Shown: in pieces, positions 28,888 to 39,516 of the stretch
Numbering within the stretch: the first letter of the stretch is position 1
How the letters are laid out: each line of letters begins with the position of its first letter
From: an uncultured virus (IMG/VR IMGVR_UViG_3300032229_000206)
Taxonomy: Duplodnaviria; Heunggongvirae; Uroviricota; Caudoviricetes
Virus record (IMG/VR): IMGVR_UViG_3300032229_000206
Strand: one strand, 5' to 3'
DNA: 64,000 nucleotides
Notes under the pieces: model-generated
Told to the model about the DNA's origin: nothing
The model's database searches: none
The model's input: the letters and a program-made list of their open reading frames with translations, nothing else
Translations under genes and position numbers: made by a program

Positions 28888-29406
28888 TTATTTAATTTTG
28901 ATTGTCTTTTCTTTCTTGCCTTCTGGAAGGATGCGCTGCAGCTCAATGGTCAAAAAGCCATCAGATAGCTTTGCGTCTCCTACAATTACGTCGTCTGCAA
29001 CTGCAAACTTTTGTACGAAATTACGTGCTGCAATACCCTTATATGAGTATTCTGCAGTATCTTCGCCGCGGTTGCCTTCAACGGTAATGATGTTTTCCTT
29101 GTAAGTAATGGTGACATCATCTTTCTTAAACCCAGCAATAGCAAGCTCAATCTCAGCTTTATCATTGGGTAGTGTCTTGATGTTGTATGGGGGATAGTTG
29201 GACTTAATACGGACATCATCTAGGTTCTGCATGAACTCTAAATGACGCTCAAACCCAAAAGTCCACGGGTCTAGCATATTGTGTAGCGCCTTGAATGGGT
29301 CCGTAATTGTTAACGTAGTAGTGTGTGGGATTTGCTTTGGCGGGTGGGGCCACTGATTTCTTTCATGTGGTGAACCCATTGGATAGCCATTAATACCTGA
29401 AGCCAT
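28888..29406 (-). CDS. Small heat-shock protein (Hsp20/IbpA)
   Basis: NYPPYNI, IELAIAGF, YKGIAARNF, AKLSDGFLTI. Confidence 0.92.
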   Translation of the reverse strand: MASGINGYPMGSPHERNQWPHPPKQIPHTTTLTITDPFKALHNMLDPWTFGFERHLEFMQNLDDVRIKSNYPPYNIKTLPNDKAEIELAIAGFKKDDVTITYKENIITVEGNRGEDTAEYSYKGIAARNFVQKFAVADDVIVGDAKLSDGFLTIELQRILPEGKKEKTIKIK

Positions 29407-29547
29407 AATATATCTCCTTAGACGATATAACTTTTTGTGACCCTCCTAGTGAGCGGTCATCAATAGTATACAACAATCTAATTTAGAATATATTCCTGAA
29501 ATGCCAAAGCCCCGCATACAGCGGGGCTTTGCGCTATTTAGTTGTAA

Positions 29548-29877
29548 CTACCCAGCCATGCCATCTTTGAAGTTAGGCGCTGAGCGTTTTACCGCTGAAG
29601 AAAGGATACGTCCGTTGCTCTGTGTAGAGCCAGCTTCTGGAGCTGTGGACTTTTGGAACTTAACACGAATACCGTATCGTGCTCCACCTGTAGCAGTAAT
29701 CTTAGTACGTGACGGCTTTGCCTGTGTGTATGGGTCTGTTCCACCCTTAGCATTACCAGTTTTCTTTATAAGCTTGCCTTTAAGAGGCTTAGCAACTTGT
29801 GGTTTTGCACCTGCAGCATTTGATGGCTCGGCAGATGTCGGAGCAATCGGTGCTGAGTTCTTTGTTGAATCTTTCAT
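29548..29877 (-). CDS. Basic hypothetical protein, followed by a terminator at about 29505-29531
   Basis: ORF track; CAAAGCCCCGC/GCGGGGCTTTG. Confidence 0.6.
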   Translation of the reverse strand: MKDSTKNSAPIAPTSAEPSNAAGAKPQVAKPLKGKLIKKTGNAKGGTDPYTQAKPSRTKITATGGARYGIRVKFQKSTAPEAGSTQSNGRILSSAVKRSAPNFKDGMAG

Positions 29878-29938
29878 TTGTTTTCCTTTGGCCTAGGATT
29901 ACCTAATAGATTAGGCTATTAAATGGATAAATACAGTC

Positions 29939-30223
29939 TTAAGTCGCCTTGACATCAAAAATAATGGCAGAAATCTGCCCATCATGGCTTTCAATACTGG
30001 TAAAACCTGGGATGCAAGTTAGGTCTAGACCGCGTGGAGCTGTGTAGCCACGTGCGATAGCAATAGCCTTTACTGCTTGGTTAATAGCGCCTGCGCCAAC
30101 TGCACGAATCTTACAAGTGCGAGTTTCGTAGATGCTATGGGCAATGGCAGATGCCACGGCCTGGGGGTTACTGCCCGCGCTGACACGCAGGATGTGTTCT
30201 TCTTGTGGTTGTTGCTCGGTCAT
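29939..30223 (-). CDS. spoVS: SpoVS (Alba-like) protein
   Basis: LRVSAGSNPQAVASAIA...AVGAGAINQAVKAIAIARGY...CIPGF. Confidence 0.9.
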   Translation of the reverse strand: MTEQQPQEEHILRVSAGSNPQAVASAIAHSIYETRTCKIRAVGAGAINQAVKAIAIARGYTAPRGLDLTCIPGFTSIESHDGQISAIIFDVKAT

Positions 30224-30273
30224 GTGTACCTCGGTTTACGTATAGTGGAGCCCCGTAGGTACAATTATGAAGG

Positions 30274-31056
30274 CTATATTAAATTAGGTCTGTCTAAAGG
30301 CGTAGGAGCCTTGGCATAGCTGCCACAGATAGAGCACTCCATATCCAATAAATACTGGGATATCTCATAGTCCTGAAAACTAGCTTTTACATTCCACAAT
30401 GTGGACTCACAATGAGGGCACTCATGGCAAACCTCGTTGGCATACGCCATAGTGCCTGTGTAATCAGGCTTTAACTCTCTAATTCCCTTTGCCATGGTGG
30501 CAACCGCCAAAATCTGCAATAACTCTGTATGCAACTTCCATATAAATAGAAGCTGTTGTGGCTAGGTCCTCTGGGTGGTGAAGCTCGCCTTTAGCGTGAC
30601 CCCAGTTAGAGTTTAAGTATTCTTTAAGACCTAAGGATAGGCGGTCTACAAACTCATCAGATGTCATCCAACCGTCTTCTATTAGATGCTTATCCTTATG
30701 CTTCAACGTTCTCAGCTTCCCAATCAAGCCACTCAAAAACTAACTCGTCTATATCAATAGTTTCGCTAAAACCGTTTTCGTGCAGGTGTTCAATGAAATC
30801 ATCATCTGCAACTAATATAGGTAAATCAAGCATCCCACTTATCCTTCCACTCTTCAATAAGCTTACGGTTCTTTTCAATCTCTTCTTCTACCTGTGCGAT
30901 TTCTTCTGGGCTCATCTTGTCCTTGTTAGACTCAAAAAACTCCATGCCAACTTTAAAATTAGACTCAAATATAGCTAGTTGTACCTGACGACGCTCTTTA
31001 ATAAAGGCATCGCGTTCTGCAGCACGGCGAGCGCGTTTTTCCTGTGTCTTACTCAT
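30274..31056 (-). CDS. Several small hypothetical proteins (Zn ribbon from 30274, 30479-about 30709, 30696-about 30833, 30826-31056)
   Basis: ORF track; CPHC...CSIC in the first. Confidence 0.5.
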
Positions 31057-31223
31057 CCTTGGCCTCCCCAACCGCCACCCTTAAACTGTACAGATGGTGG
31101 TGTGTAACTTTTGACCATAAATTCTCCGCAACCTTCGCAAGCGGGACGCTGTGTGGCATCAAATGCAAAATGCATTTCTACTGTGCGGTCGCACTTCATA
31201 CATGTGAAGTCGTATTTAGGCAT
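31053..31223 (-). CDS. FmdB-family Zn-ribbon protein
   Basis: Own translation MPKYDFTCMKC...ACEGCG...VQFKGGGW. Confidence 0.75.
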   Translation of the reverse strand: MPKYDFTCMKCDRTVEMHFAFDATQRPACEGCGEFMVKSYTPPSVQFKGGGWGGQG

Positions 31224-31512
31224 TATCTTCTTCCTTTAACTGTTGCTTGGCTGTAGTTGCAGCTAAATCTAATCTGTATTCGTATGTATTCCCTACTCTA
31301 CGGCGGTTAATAATATATCCGCCATGTTTTTCTTTACGTAGGTTGCGAATTTGAGCTGATACCGATGGTTCAGGAGCAGAAATATCAACAGCTATATCTT
31401 GCATCGTATGCCATTGTTGGTCTAACAATATATTTAATACATCGTTAATTTGAGTGGATAAACGACCATAATCTAAATCTTCGTCGTAAGTTGCCCCTTC
31501 AAAACTTGCCAT
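31216..31512 (-). CDS. Winged-HTH DNA-binding protein
   Basis: WHTMQDIA...EPSVSAQIRNLRK...YEYRL. Confidence 0.7.
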   Translation of the reverse strand: MASFEGATYDEDLDYGRLSTQINDVLNILLDQQWHTMQDIAVDISAPEPSVSAQIRNLRKEKHGGYIINRRRVGNTYEYRLDLAATTAKQQLKEEDNA

Positions 31513-32076
31513 TTAAATCTCCCGATAGTCTGGATTTTGTACCTGCTGGTAAATAGCCTTTTCATATGCAAGCGTACCATCCCCTGAGCATAGCCTTGCA
31601 AGTCCATATGCGTCACAGGCGTTATCGTCAGTAAAAGTCTGTCCCCACTTTTTGTAGGTATGCAAAATCATCTGATTCTTTTGTCCCGTGCCTGCACCTG
31701 TTACATACTTCTTTAGCGTACTTGGTGGGATTATCAACGGGTACTTGTCAATATCTGCCAACTCCATCTTAACTAGGCCGCCAAGCTCACCTAGGTGGAA
31801 TACCTTGCCCTTAGCCCCCATTGCATAGCCTTCCATGGCTACATCAATAATTTCTGCTCTAGATAACCAATCACGAATAAACGCACGTATATCTAACATA
31901 CGTGGCATTCCTTTATTTTGTGATTTATACACTTCCGCGTAATAAGAGTTATTGCTATACGCACATATGGCAAAGCCAGTAAATGATTGGTCTATACCTA
32001 AGTAAACTGGGCTACTGCCAGTCAGGGACAGACCTCCTTCAATTTTTTTAAGGGACATATCTGTTAAACGAACCAC
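31513..32076 (-). CDS. RuvC-like Holliday junction resolvase
   Basis: LGIDQS, AMEGY, PSTLKKYVTG, DNACDAY. Confidence 0.85.
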   Translation of the reverse strand: MVRLTDMSLKKIEGGLSLTGSSPVYLGIDQSFTGFAICAYSNNSYYAEVYKSQNKGMPRMLDIRAFIRDWLSRAEIIDVAMEGYAMGAKGKVFHLGELGGLVKMELADIDKYPLIIPPSTLKKYVTGAGTGQKNQMILHTYKKWGQTFTDDNACDAYGLARLCSGDGTLAYEKAIYQQVQNPDYREI

Positions 32077-32542
32077 TACGAGCGTTTGAGGTACGACGCG
32101 TCAACTCACGGCTAGTGAGTGAGTAGTAGCGCTCTAAGTTCTCTAGGTGGGTCTCTAACAGCTTACGATAAGCATAAGCAAAATCTTTAGCCTTAGCTAG
32201 CTCAACAACCTCAGGCTCTGTTACAACGGCTGCCTTAAGCATCACAGACTTCTCTGTGCTCTTGCCTGTTGTTTTACCTAGTAAACCTTTGGCTACAGTC
32301 ATGTCATATGCGCTGTCAGCCTCGGCCTCTGCAAGGGTAGCGCATGCTACCTGTGTACGAATGAAGTTTAAGTTCTCCATGTACTTGCTAGCCATAATCA
32401 TTAACTGTTGCTCATCAATTGCTGTGATGTCTTCTGGAAAATCTGGTAGTTCTAACTTCATAGAACGCTTGATAGGAAGACCCTGGTTTTCCAATACCTT
32501 TAGTACTTCTTCGCTAATACCTGTTGCTACTAAATCAGTCAT
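32048..32542 (-). CDS. Helical hypothetical protein (UvsY-like position and character)
   Basis: Coiled-coil character, ends SRELTRR; lies among recombination genes. Confidence 0.45.
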   Translation of the reverse strand: MTDLVATGISEEVLKVLENQGLPIKRSMKLELPDFPEDITAIDEQQLMIMASKYMENLNFIRTQVACATLAEAEADSAYDMTVAKGLLGKTTGKSTEKSVMLKAAVVTEPEVVELAKAKDFAYAYRKLLETHLENLERYYSLTSRELTRRTSNARSGSFNRYVP

Positions 32543-33392
32543 CGTATCCTCCGCATCTTGAACACTGTCCCCAGGCATCAATATTACATGTTGGTGGAGT
32601 GTCATTTTTAACTGCTTCTACAATCATAGCAGCAGCCTCGAACAGTGGCGCAATAGCAAAATCAGATTTAGGTACTACAAATTCTTTAGCAGATTGGTCT
32701 GCCTTGTTCTCGTAAATAAGAACAGCCTCCTGTGGAACATCTGGGTACCCAATTAGCTCTGCTAACTTCATATAAATCTGTACTTGATTAACGTGCTTTT
32801 CAAATGGCGCTTTAATATCAGGCCATACCTTAGTCATGTCCCCACCATGCTGAGCCATTAACTGTGGCGCTTCCCAACGAATAGTTCCTGCACCAATTGA
32901 CTTAATCTCTAACATCAATGGGTCGCCTAGGTTAACTAGCCAACCATCTGAGTGACCTGAGATGCGCAATGGCTCATAAAACAAAGGTACTTCTCGGTAT
33001 TCCAATGGGCCATCGTGACAATCAGAACCGCCCCAGAACTCTTCTTCACACTCAATGCAGTACCACTTACCGTATAGCGTTCCCATTTCTTGGAACCACT
33101 TCTGCCACTTAGCGTGGATAGCATGACCTTCAGCAAAGACAGAGTGTGTCTGTAGTCGCATAACACGGTTGCTTATTGGTGCATGACCTTTTAGGTGAAA
33201 GTAAGAAGCGCGGTAACACCACTCATCACTGACCATATCAGATGGATGTAGAACATCTGTTCTACGGCTCATATCACGAGGCTTAGAAATTAGATGGCGC
33301 TCTACAGAACCTATTACTCTACTGTTCTTTTTAGCCACGTCGACAAATGCTTTCAGGGAGCCAGTAATTTGCTGGGGTTTGTTTGCTTTCAT
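32535..33392 (-). CDS. Cas4-like / PD-(D/E)XK exonuclease
   Basis: HPS..C.R, GHSDG, LEIKS, QVQIYM, terminal C..C..C. Confidence 0.8.
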   Translation of the reverse strand: MKANKPQQITGSLKAFVDVAKKNSRVIGSVERHLISKPRDMSRRTDVLHPSDMVSDEWCYRASYFHLKGHAPISNRVMRLQTHSVFAEGHAIHAKWQKWFQEMGTLYGKWYCIECEEEFWGGSDCHDGPLEYREVPLFYEPLRISGHSDGWLVNLGDPLMLEIKSIGAGTIRWEAPQLMAQHGGDMTKVWPDIKAPFEKHVNQVQIYMKLAELIGYPDVPQEAVLIYENKADQSAKEFVVPKSDFAIAPLFEAAAMIVEAVKNDTPPTCNIDAWGQCSRCGGYDD

Positions 33393-33404
33393 TGCAGCAA
33401 CCTA

Positions 33405-33722
33405 TCACAACTTCTCCTCTGATACCCATTCTCTAAAAGTTTTTCCTTCTTTATTTGCTTTACGTTTTAACGCGTTGCGTTCACGGTGTGACATGCCACC
33501 CCAAATACCATGCTGTTCGTCCATGCTATCTGCGTACAAAAGACACTGCTTACGAACAGGACACTCTGGCAACCCGTCTTTCCCATAGCATGTAGCTTTA
33601 GAAATGGTTGCTATTTTTTTATATTTTGCTTTGTCTCTTGGTGGAAACCAAAGCTCGGTATCCATGCCACGGCACTTAGCGTTATGACGCCATCCTTCTA
33701 CGTGCCCGATGTCTTCGTACAA
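33405..33722 (-). CDS. whiB: WhiB-family transcription factor
   Basis: W...AKC...C...CPVRKQCL...GIWGG.S.RER. Confidence 0.92.
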   Translation of the reverse strand: MYEDIGHVEGWRHNAKCRGMDTELWFPPRDKAKYKKIATISKATCYGKDGLPECPVRKQCLLYADSMDEQHGIWGGMSHRERNALKRKANKEGKTFREWVSEEKL

Positions 33723-34039
33723 TTACACTCCTGGAGGTATTGGCGCAGCTCCAGGAAATCGTCTTCGGTTAACATTACGTAGTTTTCACCATCAAGGTGA
33801 AAGCCGAGGACAGGCATCCGACTCTCAACAATTGCTTCGTTGACAATCTTTTTTAGAACCGCAGCCTTAATGGTTACGGAGGTTTTGCCAGTCCACTTAT
33901 GCTCTACGAGCAAATCGTCAGACCTAACATCACCTTTACGACTCCAAAAGGCACCGCTTCCAGCTGAACGCTGTCCACCAATTGCCTTTGCAAGTCTGTC
34001 CTCGTGCTTCTTAGATTCTTTCTGTCCTTTAGTCCTCAT
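33698..34039 (-). CDS. Hjc-like PD-(D/E)XK nuclease / resolvase
   Basis: HE...SGAF...KGDV...LVEHK. Confidence 0.7.
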   Translation of the reverse strand: MRTKGQKESKKHEDRLAKAIGGQRSAGSGAFWSRKGDVRSDDLLVEHKWTGKTSVTIKAAVLKKIVNEAIVESRMPVLGFHLDGENYVMLTEDDFLELRQYLQECNCTKTSGT

Positions 34040-35090
34040 CGGATGCTACAAACTTAGACCCTGCTTTAATAGAGTCCAGCACGTCGCGTTCTAAAGTTTC
34101 TTTAAGGTCTAACTCTTCCCGTATGGAGGCAAGCATAGCATCCTGACCCATCCACTGTCGAGTCTCGCCTTGGAAGTCATAACGGTAGTAAGCACCAGCA
34201 CGGGTAATAACCTTGTTAAGGATACCCATAGCCATAATCTCTTTACCAAAGTCAATCTCTCCAGCAGGGATTTCTCCACCATCTGCAAAGTAAAAATCAA
34301 AGACGGCAACCTGTGATGGTGGGGCTGACTTGTTCTTAATAACTCTGGCTTTAATACTCTGTCCTACACGGCGTTTATCTTGTCCAGTACCAGCCTCAAT
34401 CCACTCATCACGACGCACCTCCATGCGAGTAAAGAAAGCGTAATCCTTGCCTAGACCACCTGGGGTAGTGCGAGGGTCGCCATACATAACACCAATCTTT
34501 GAACGCCACTGGTTGATTAGAATGCCAATGAACGGGCGCTCAGCCTCAATAAGGGAGCGCTTAGACGCCTTACCTACCTTACGAAAGAACTTGTTAGTAA
34601 GAAGCGCTGAGCGTCCTACAGTAGATTCCTCCATCTCCTTATCGTCTTCTGCTGAAGGGACCAAGGCAGGTAACGAATCAATAACAATACAATCAACCGT
34701 TTTAGACCCAGTAATCTCGATGACGGTTTCATAAGCTTCCTCCATGATGTTAGTAGAAACTACATATAGACGGGATACATCTACACCGCAAAGCTCTGCA
34801 TACTCTGGAACCCACTGCTCTGCTGCAATCCATACCGCAGTAAAGTTAGGGTCTTTCTTTTGATTAGCAGCAATAGTCTTTAATGCAATAGCGGTCTTGC
34901 CGTTGCTAGCCTCACCAATAATCTCATGCCACTGATTGGTAGGCCACCCACCACCTAGGGCTACATCTAATGACACCGAGCCAGTAGTCAAACGACCAAT
35001 GCCTTCGGTAATCTCTGAACCAATAACTATGGTGTCAGAGCCGTACTTCTTATTAATCTTTGTTATTAGTTTAGTTAATTCAGCATTCAT
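34029..35090 (-). CDS. recA: RecA recombinase
   Basis: TGSVSLDVALGGG, GEASNGKT, IVIDSLPALVP, INQWR, GDPRTTPGG. Confidence 0.95.
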   Translation of the reverse strand: MNAELTKLITKINKKYGSDTIVIGSEITEGIGRLTTGSVSLDVALGGGWPTNQWHEIIGEASNGKTAIALKTIAANQKKDPNFTAVWIAAEQWVPEYAELCGVDVSRLYVVSTNIMEEAYETVIEITGSKTVDCIVIDSLPALVPSAEDDKEMEESTVGRSALLTNKFFRKVGKASKRSLIEAERPFIGILINQWRSKIGVMYGDPRTTPGGLGKDYAFFTRMEVRRDEWIEAGTGQDKRRVGQSIKARVIKNKSAPPSQVAVFDFYFADGGEIPAGEIDFGKEIMAMGILNKVITRAGAYYRYDFQGETRQWMGQDAMLASIREELDLKETLERDVLDSIKAGSKFVASDED

Positions 35091-35927
35091 TAAATGTGTC
35101 CAATGATTGTAGTTGGGTTAAATCCACCAGATGAAACTTGCTTTGCTGCTTGAGTAGGTCCTCCACCTTGATTACCTACAACACCTTTACCCATACCTGA
35201 ACCACTTTGAGTAATTGGGTATCCGCAATCGTAGCATCGCTTACGTGACTCGGGTGTTGCACCACCGTAGTTTCCGCTGCCACATCCTGGGCAACGCTCT
35301 GCTTGCGGCGTTGCTTGCTGTGTAGGTGGATACTGTGGTTGAGAAGGCTGCACATATGTAGCAGGTTGTGGCGCTACGTACTGTGGTGTTGGGGCTGCTT
35401 GCTGTGGTGCTTGTGTGCCTAACTTATTTGCCCACCAATTACTGCTCATCTAGTACTCGATTCTCCCACTCGGTCTTCTGTATATCGCCTGGCTCAATTA
35501 AACCTATTTCCATAGCCGAAGCGAAGGCTCCCATGATAGCGGATAAGCTGACAACTTTATACAGCACCCGCATAGTGTCTAATTCACGCTCAATTTCTTC
35601 AGAGTTATTGGGGTTGTCTTTAGTAATCTCGTCTACTTGTAAGCCTGTAATAACATCCGCTGCTATATCAGCCATAGCGTTTAAGTAGGAAAGTAGGTAG
35701 GCGATGTTATCCATGCGCTTATCAGAGTCTTCACGCTCTTTCTCGTCACCTTCTTCACTAGCCCTATTAAGGCCCATGATTTCTACAACCTCGTTAGGTT
35801 CTCCTAACTCTGTGTCATAGATATACCAACGAAGTATGGTGCTAAGAGGAATATCTCTAGTAAATATCTCAAAGTTATCTTCTCTTTTTTTAAAACGGTC
35901 AAAGAAACTCACTTGGCTTCTCCCCAC
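35090..35927 (-). CDS. Two hypothetical proteins (35090-35449 Pro/Gln-rich Zn ribbon; 35439-about 35912)
   Basis: ORF track; CPGC...CYDC. Confidence 0.6.
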
Positions 35928-37882
35928 CGTTGTACGACCTTAACGTCTGCAATCAACGGTACGTCTAGCATATTGATTCCTTCCATCGCTTCTCTAATAG
36001 CTTCTTTTGTTTCATCAACTAGATGGTCAGGTGTAATGGTGACCAGTTCGTCGTGCACTGTCAATAGGATGTGTGATTCTTTTGGAATCATCTGATGTGC
36101 CCTAATCATAGCAAGCTTCATGATGTCAGCAGCAGAGCCTTGAATACGTGTATTAAACGCCTGACGCTCAGCACTACCCCTCTCCCCAAAGTTCCTAGAG
36201 TTAATCTCAGGGATATAGCGCTTACGACCCATAATAGTGGTGACATAGTTCTTGACCTTGGTAGCGCCAATAACTTTAATCCTGTACCGATTAATGTTTG
36301 CAAACTTAACAGCAAAGTCACTGAGCAGATTCTTAGCCTCTGTAATAGAACACCCGATAGAACGAGCAATCTTTTCTGGGCCTACGCCATACGCCATAGC
36401 AAGAACTAATGTCTTACCGCCCTGACGGTTAACACCCATAACATCACCAACAGTTGTATAGATGTCGCTACCATCCCTGTAGTTCTTTAACATAATAGGG
36501 TCTTGAGACATAGACGCAATGATTCGTGGCTCAATCTGTGAGTAATCAGCAACTACTAACTTGTAACCTTCTGGAGCGTAGAAGAGGTTTCGGATAGCTT
36601 TTCCGTGAGCTGTGGCTGGATTTGGTACGTTCTGTAAGTTTGGGTTACGGCTAGAGAAACGACCCGTCTCTGCCCCATGTTGTATGAAGTCGCAGTGTAA
36701 ACGGCCTTCGACGAGGAGGCTGTCTTTAACTTCAATCTTAGATTTTCCACCTGTTGTTCGTACAACTTCTCCTCCTAAATATGGAATTACGTATGTGCTT
36801 AATAACTTGTTAAGGTCTGCGTACTCTAGCAACGCTTTTACTAATGGGTCTTTCTCACGGTAAGGCTCAAGCGCCTCTGCTGATACAGAAAAGTCAGATA
36901 CTTCTAACTCTCTACCTTCCATGTCTTTCTTAATACCCTTGCCTGTAAGAACCTTAGGCTTTAATCCACGACCACCCATATCCTTAGAGGTATACAACAA
37001 CTCTTGCTTCTCTGGATTAGAGTTAAGGTTAAATACACGACCAGCAACTGAGTAGATAGTCTCCCTTGTTGCTTCAATATCTTTTTCTAATTGCTGATGT
37101 AACTCAGATAACGCGTTCTCATCAATAGGAGCACCCGCTAACTTCATATGACAAAGGACCTCTAACACGTCCATCTCTAGCTTCATAATGTTATCTACAT
37201 CTGCAGCATTAATCTTTTCTTTTACTACCTTCCATAGAGCAAAGGTGTACTTAGCATCTAAGTAAGCATACTTAGCAACAATGTCAAAGGCGTGTATCTC
37301 CACCTGTGCTCCGACACCCTTAGTCATCTTGTAGCCAAGCTCACGCTCTAGGCAATCATCTAAACCACACTTGTTCTTATTGCGATTGTCGTAGATAAAC
37401 GAACCAACCATTGTGTCAAAGTAAGGACCTGCGGGTATACGTCCACCTAGGTATTTTGCTACAGATGTAAGGTCAAAGACTAAGTTGTGACCTATAGTTA
37501 AAATCTCTTCATTAAAAAACAATGGCTCTAAAGCCTTAAATACCTCTGTTGGGTATAGCTGTTGTGGGGCTGGGCCAAAAACCTGCGTGGCTTTCTTATC
37601 GTCAGCAGAATAATCCGCATCGCGTACTTCTAAACCTTTATCTTTGCGCTTCTGTCCTTGTCCTGTAAGCGGACGTATAGTTTCAATAAACTCACCGTTG
37701 GGATGCCCCATTGGGATTACATCTCCACGACCATGTGTAGCAAAGCTTAACCACAGCACTTCATTAACTACTGTAACTCCACGGCGTGGACCTACTGTTT
37801 CGCAGTCATACGCATAAGCGTCCTGCTTAAGATAGTAAGCCACCATCTCATCTAACTGTTCTTTAGTCGTAATAATGTTCAT
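35909..37882 (-). CDS. polA: Family A DNA polymerase with 3'-5' exonuclease
   Basis: YDCET, GHNLVFD, TGRFSSRNPNLQN, DYSQIE, KTLVLAMAYG, IQGSAAD, TVHDE. Confidence 0.95.
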   Translation of the reverse strand: MNIITTKEQLDEMVAYYLKQDAYAYDCETVGPRRGVTVVNEVLWLSFATHGRGDVIPMGHPNGEFIETIRPLTGQGQKRKDKGLEVRDADYSADDKKATQVFGPAPQQLYPTEVFKALEPLFFNEEILTIGHNLVFDLTSVAKYLGGRIPAGPYFDTMVGSFIYDNRNKNKCGLDDCLERELGYKMTKGVGAQVEIHAFDIVAKYAYLDAKYTFALWKVVKEKINAADVDNIMKLEMDVLEVLCHMKLAGAPIDENALSELHQQLEKDIEATRETIYSVAGRVFNLNSNPEKQELLYTSKDMGGRGLKPKVLTGKGIKKDMEGRELEVSDFSVSAEALEPYREKDPLVKALLEYADLNKLLSTYVIPYLGGEVVRTTGGKSKIEVKDSLLVEGRLHCDFIQHGAETGRFSSRNPNLQNVPNPATAHGKAIRNLFYAPEGYKLVVADYSQIEPRIIASMSQDPIMLKNYRDGSDIYTTVGDVMGVNRQGGKTLVLAMAYGVGPEKIARSIGCSITEAKNLLSDFAVKFANINRYRIKVIGATKVKNYVTTIMGRKRYIPEINSRNFGERGSAERQAFNTRIQGSAADIMKLAMIRAHQMIPKESHILLTVHDELVTITPDHLVDETKEAIREAMEGINMLDVPLIADVKVVQRWGEAK

Positions 37883-37947
37883 GGGTTCCTTAAATAGAAG
37901 AAGGCTGGGGGTCTTAGCACGTGTTGCCCCCAGCCTACTACTAGAAA

Positions 37948-38613
37948 TTAGAGAAGGGAGTTGGCAATTTCTTCAAGCTCTTCCCAAGTGTGCTCTTTAA
38001 TTACAGAGCGCTCGAAAGGCTTGATAGCTGCTACGCCATCTTCTGCCATCTTCTCATCAATGCCCCAGTCCTCTAGGAGGTCGCGTGGCTTGATTGAGTT
38101 AAGGTTGTAAACAGTCTGTTGCATCTTGCCTGTACGGCTGATTGCCCAGTAGTTCTTGGTCAATGGACCTTGTGGTGAAAACTCTGCAGAGTGAAGTGTC
38201 TTATACAGACGTGGGCTTGCAATTAACATCTGACGTTGTACACCTGAGGGTGTAATAACGGCAATTGTAAATGCTCGCTTGTCTTCAGGCTTGCTGCCAA
38301 GCTTTGTGCACAGTGGGTCGTTAGCCCCAAGAGAAACGTATGAACGCTTACCAACAGTTTTTTGCTGTAGGAAGTGTTGTTTGTAAATTGCGAAGGGACC
38401 GTTTTGGTCGATGAACTTAATTACTGTGAACTCACCATCAGTGAACTTAAACTCTGTTGGGAAATCACCTGAAGAAGTTGAGAGCTTATCTGCTGCGTCC
38501 CAACCTGATTGTACTGCTGAAGATGTTGCTTGCTCTGGACGACCCTCGACAACTGCGTCGATTGTAAAGTCATCAGTAGCAGGCATGTATTCATCTGTTC
38601 TATTGATAGCCAT
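37948..38613 (-). CDS. Putative ssDNA-binding protein (gp32-like)
   Basis: Adjacent to the polymerase; IKFID..P...YKQHF...ISRTG...Y pattern. Confidence 0.6.
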   Translation of the reverse strand: MAINRTDEYMPATDDFTIDAVVEGRPEQATSSAVQSGWDAADKLSTSSGDFPTEFKFTDGEFTVIKFIDQNGPFAIYKQHFLQQKTVGKRSYVSLGANDPLCTKLGSKPEDKRAFTIAVITPSGVQRQMLIASPRLYKTLHSAEFSPQGPLTKNYWAISRTGKMQQTVYNLNSIKPRDLLEDWGIDEKMAEDGVAAIKPFERSVIKEHTWEELEEIANSLL

Positions 38614-38637
38614 TTGTTTCCTTTGTTTTAGTGGTTT

Positions 38638-39093
38638 TTATTTAGTTTCTTCTGCGCGGATGTTACTCCACGCCTCTGCAATTGCATCAGTCAATTGCTG
38701 GTTAGGCCACTTTATCCTAGTTTTATCTAGGGCGCCAGCCTTTCCAAACAATGTAACTGCTGCGTCAATCTGGGACCGTGAATATAACCTACGGCCTTTG
38801 ATTTCCTTTCCCGTGGCATCTTTCTTATCACCTAAGCGATAAGAGGGAGCAGGTAGGTAGCCCTCTTTCATCCAGTAACGGATAGTAACAAGTGGGCGAC
38901 CTAGCGCTACCGCTAACGCACCAATGGTGTAGAACTCCATGTCCCTACCATTAGGTAACGTCTTCTTAATTGGATTGATGGTCCAATCAGAATCTTTTTT
39001 ATTTACCTTCTCTTCTTTTACGCGACGCTTGCGTTTGCTGTTTGGATAATACTCATCCAAATCAGATAAGAAGTTGTCAATCTTATCAGTCAT
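38638..39093 (-). CDS. MerR-like HTH DNA-binding protein
   Basis: YTIGALAVALGRPLVTIRYW...RLYS. Confidence 0.75.
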   Translation of the reverse strand: MTDKIDNFLSDLDEYYPNSKRKRRVKEEKVNKKDSDWTINPIKKTLPNGRDMEFYTIGALAVALGRPLVTIRYWMKEGYLPAPSYRLGDKKDATGKEIKGRRLYSRSQIDAAVTLFGKAGALDKTRIKWPNQQLTDAIAEAWSNIRAEETK

Positions 39094-39486
39094 TTACTTT
39101 CCTACGATGAACGCGTAACTTACCTTAGATGGGAACATCGTATCAATGTCTTCTTCTGACAGGTGACCGTTATAAAACGCAGCCATGATTGCTGACTCAT
39201 CAAGAGTGGGAATCATTTTGATGCAGGTATCTTTAATACCTTTTTTGTTAAGAATAATTTCTGCAGCAGCAAGGTCTAAGTTTTTAGATACACGACGTTG
39301 CTTCATTATCTGCTGGTCTTCATTGTAGTTAAGAACAATGTGACCCTTTTCGTCTTCTACACCAAACTCATCAATGGTTTCGGTGAGACGCTTTTTAATA
39401 ATTGTCTGACGTTCTGTCAGCTGTGTAATTTGGTCTTTGAGAACTGTAAACTGTTTTACATCTTCTACTACGGCATCTTGATTCAT
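39094..39486 (-). CDS. Hypothetical protein
   Basis: ORF track; directly downstream of a consensus promoter. Confidence 0.6.
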   Translation of the reverse strand: MNQDAVVEDVKQFTVLKDQITQLTERQTIIKKRLTETIDEFGVEDEKGHIVLNYNEDQQIMKQRRVSKNLDLAAAEIILNKKGIKDTCIKMIPTLDESAIMAAFYNGHLSEEDIDTMFPSKVSYAFIVGK

Positions 39487-39516
39487 AAGTTTCCTAACGT
39501 TTAGGTTGTTAGGTCT

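Noticed and set aside
3780..30310. A conserved late-promoter motif (TTTAG...CATRRT)
   Set aside because: Spacing between the parts was inconsistent (16, 24 and 27 nt) in the cases examined.
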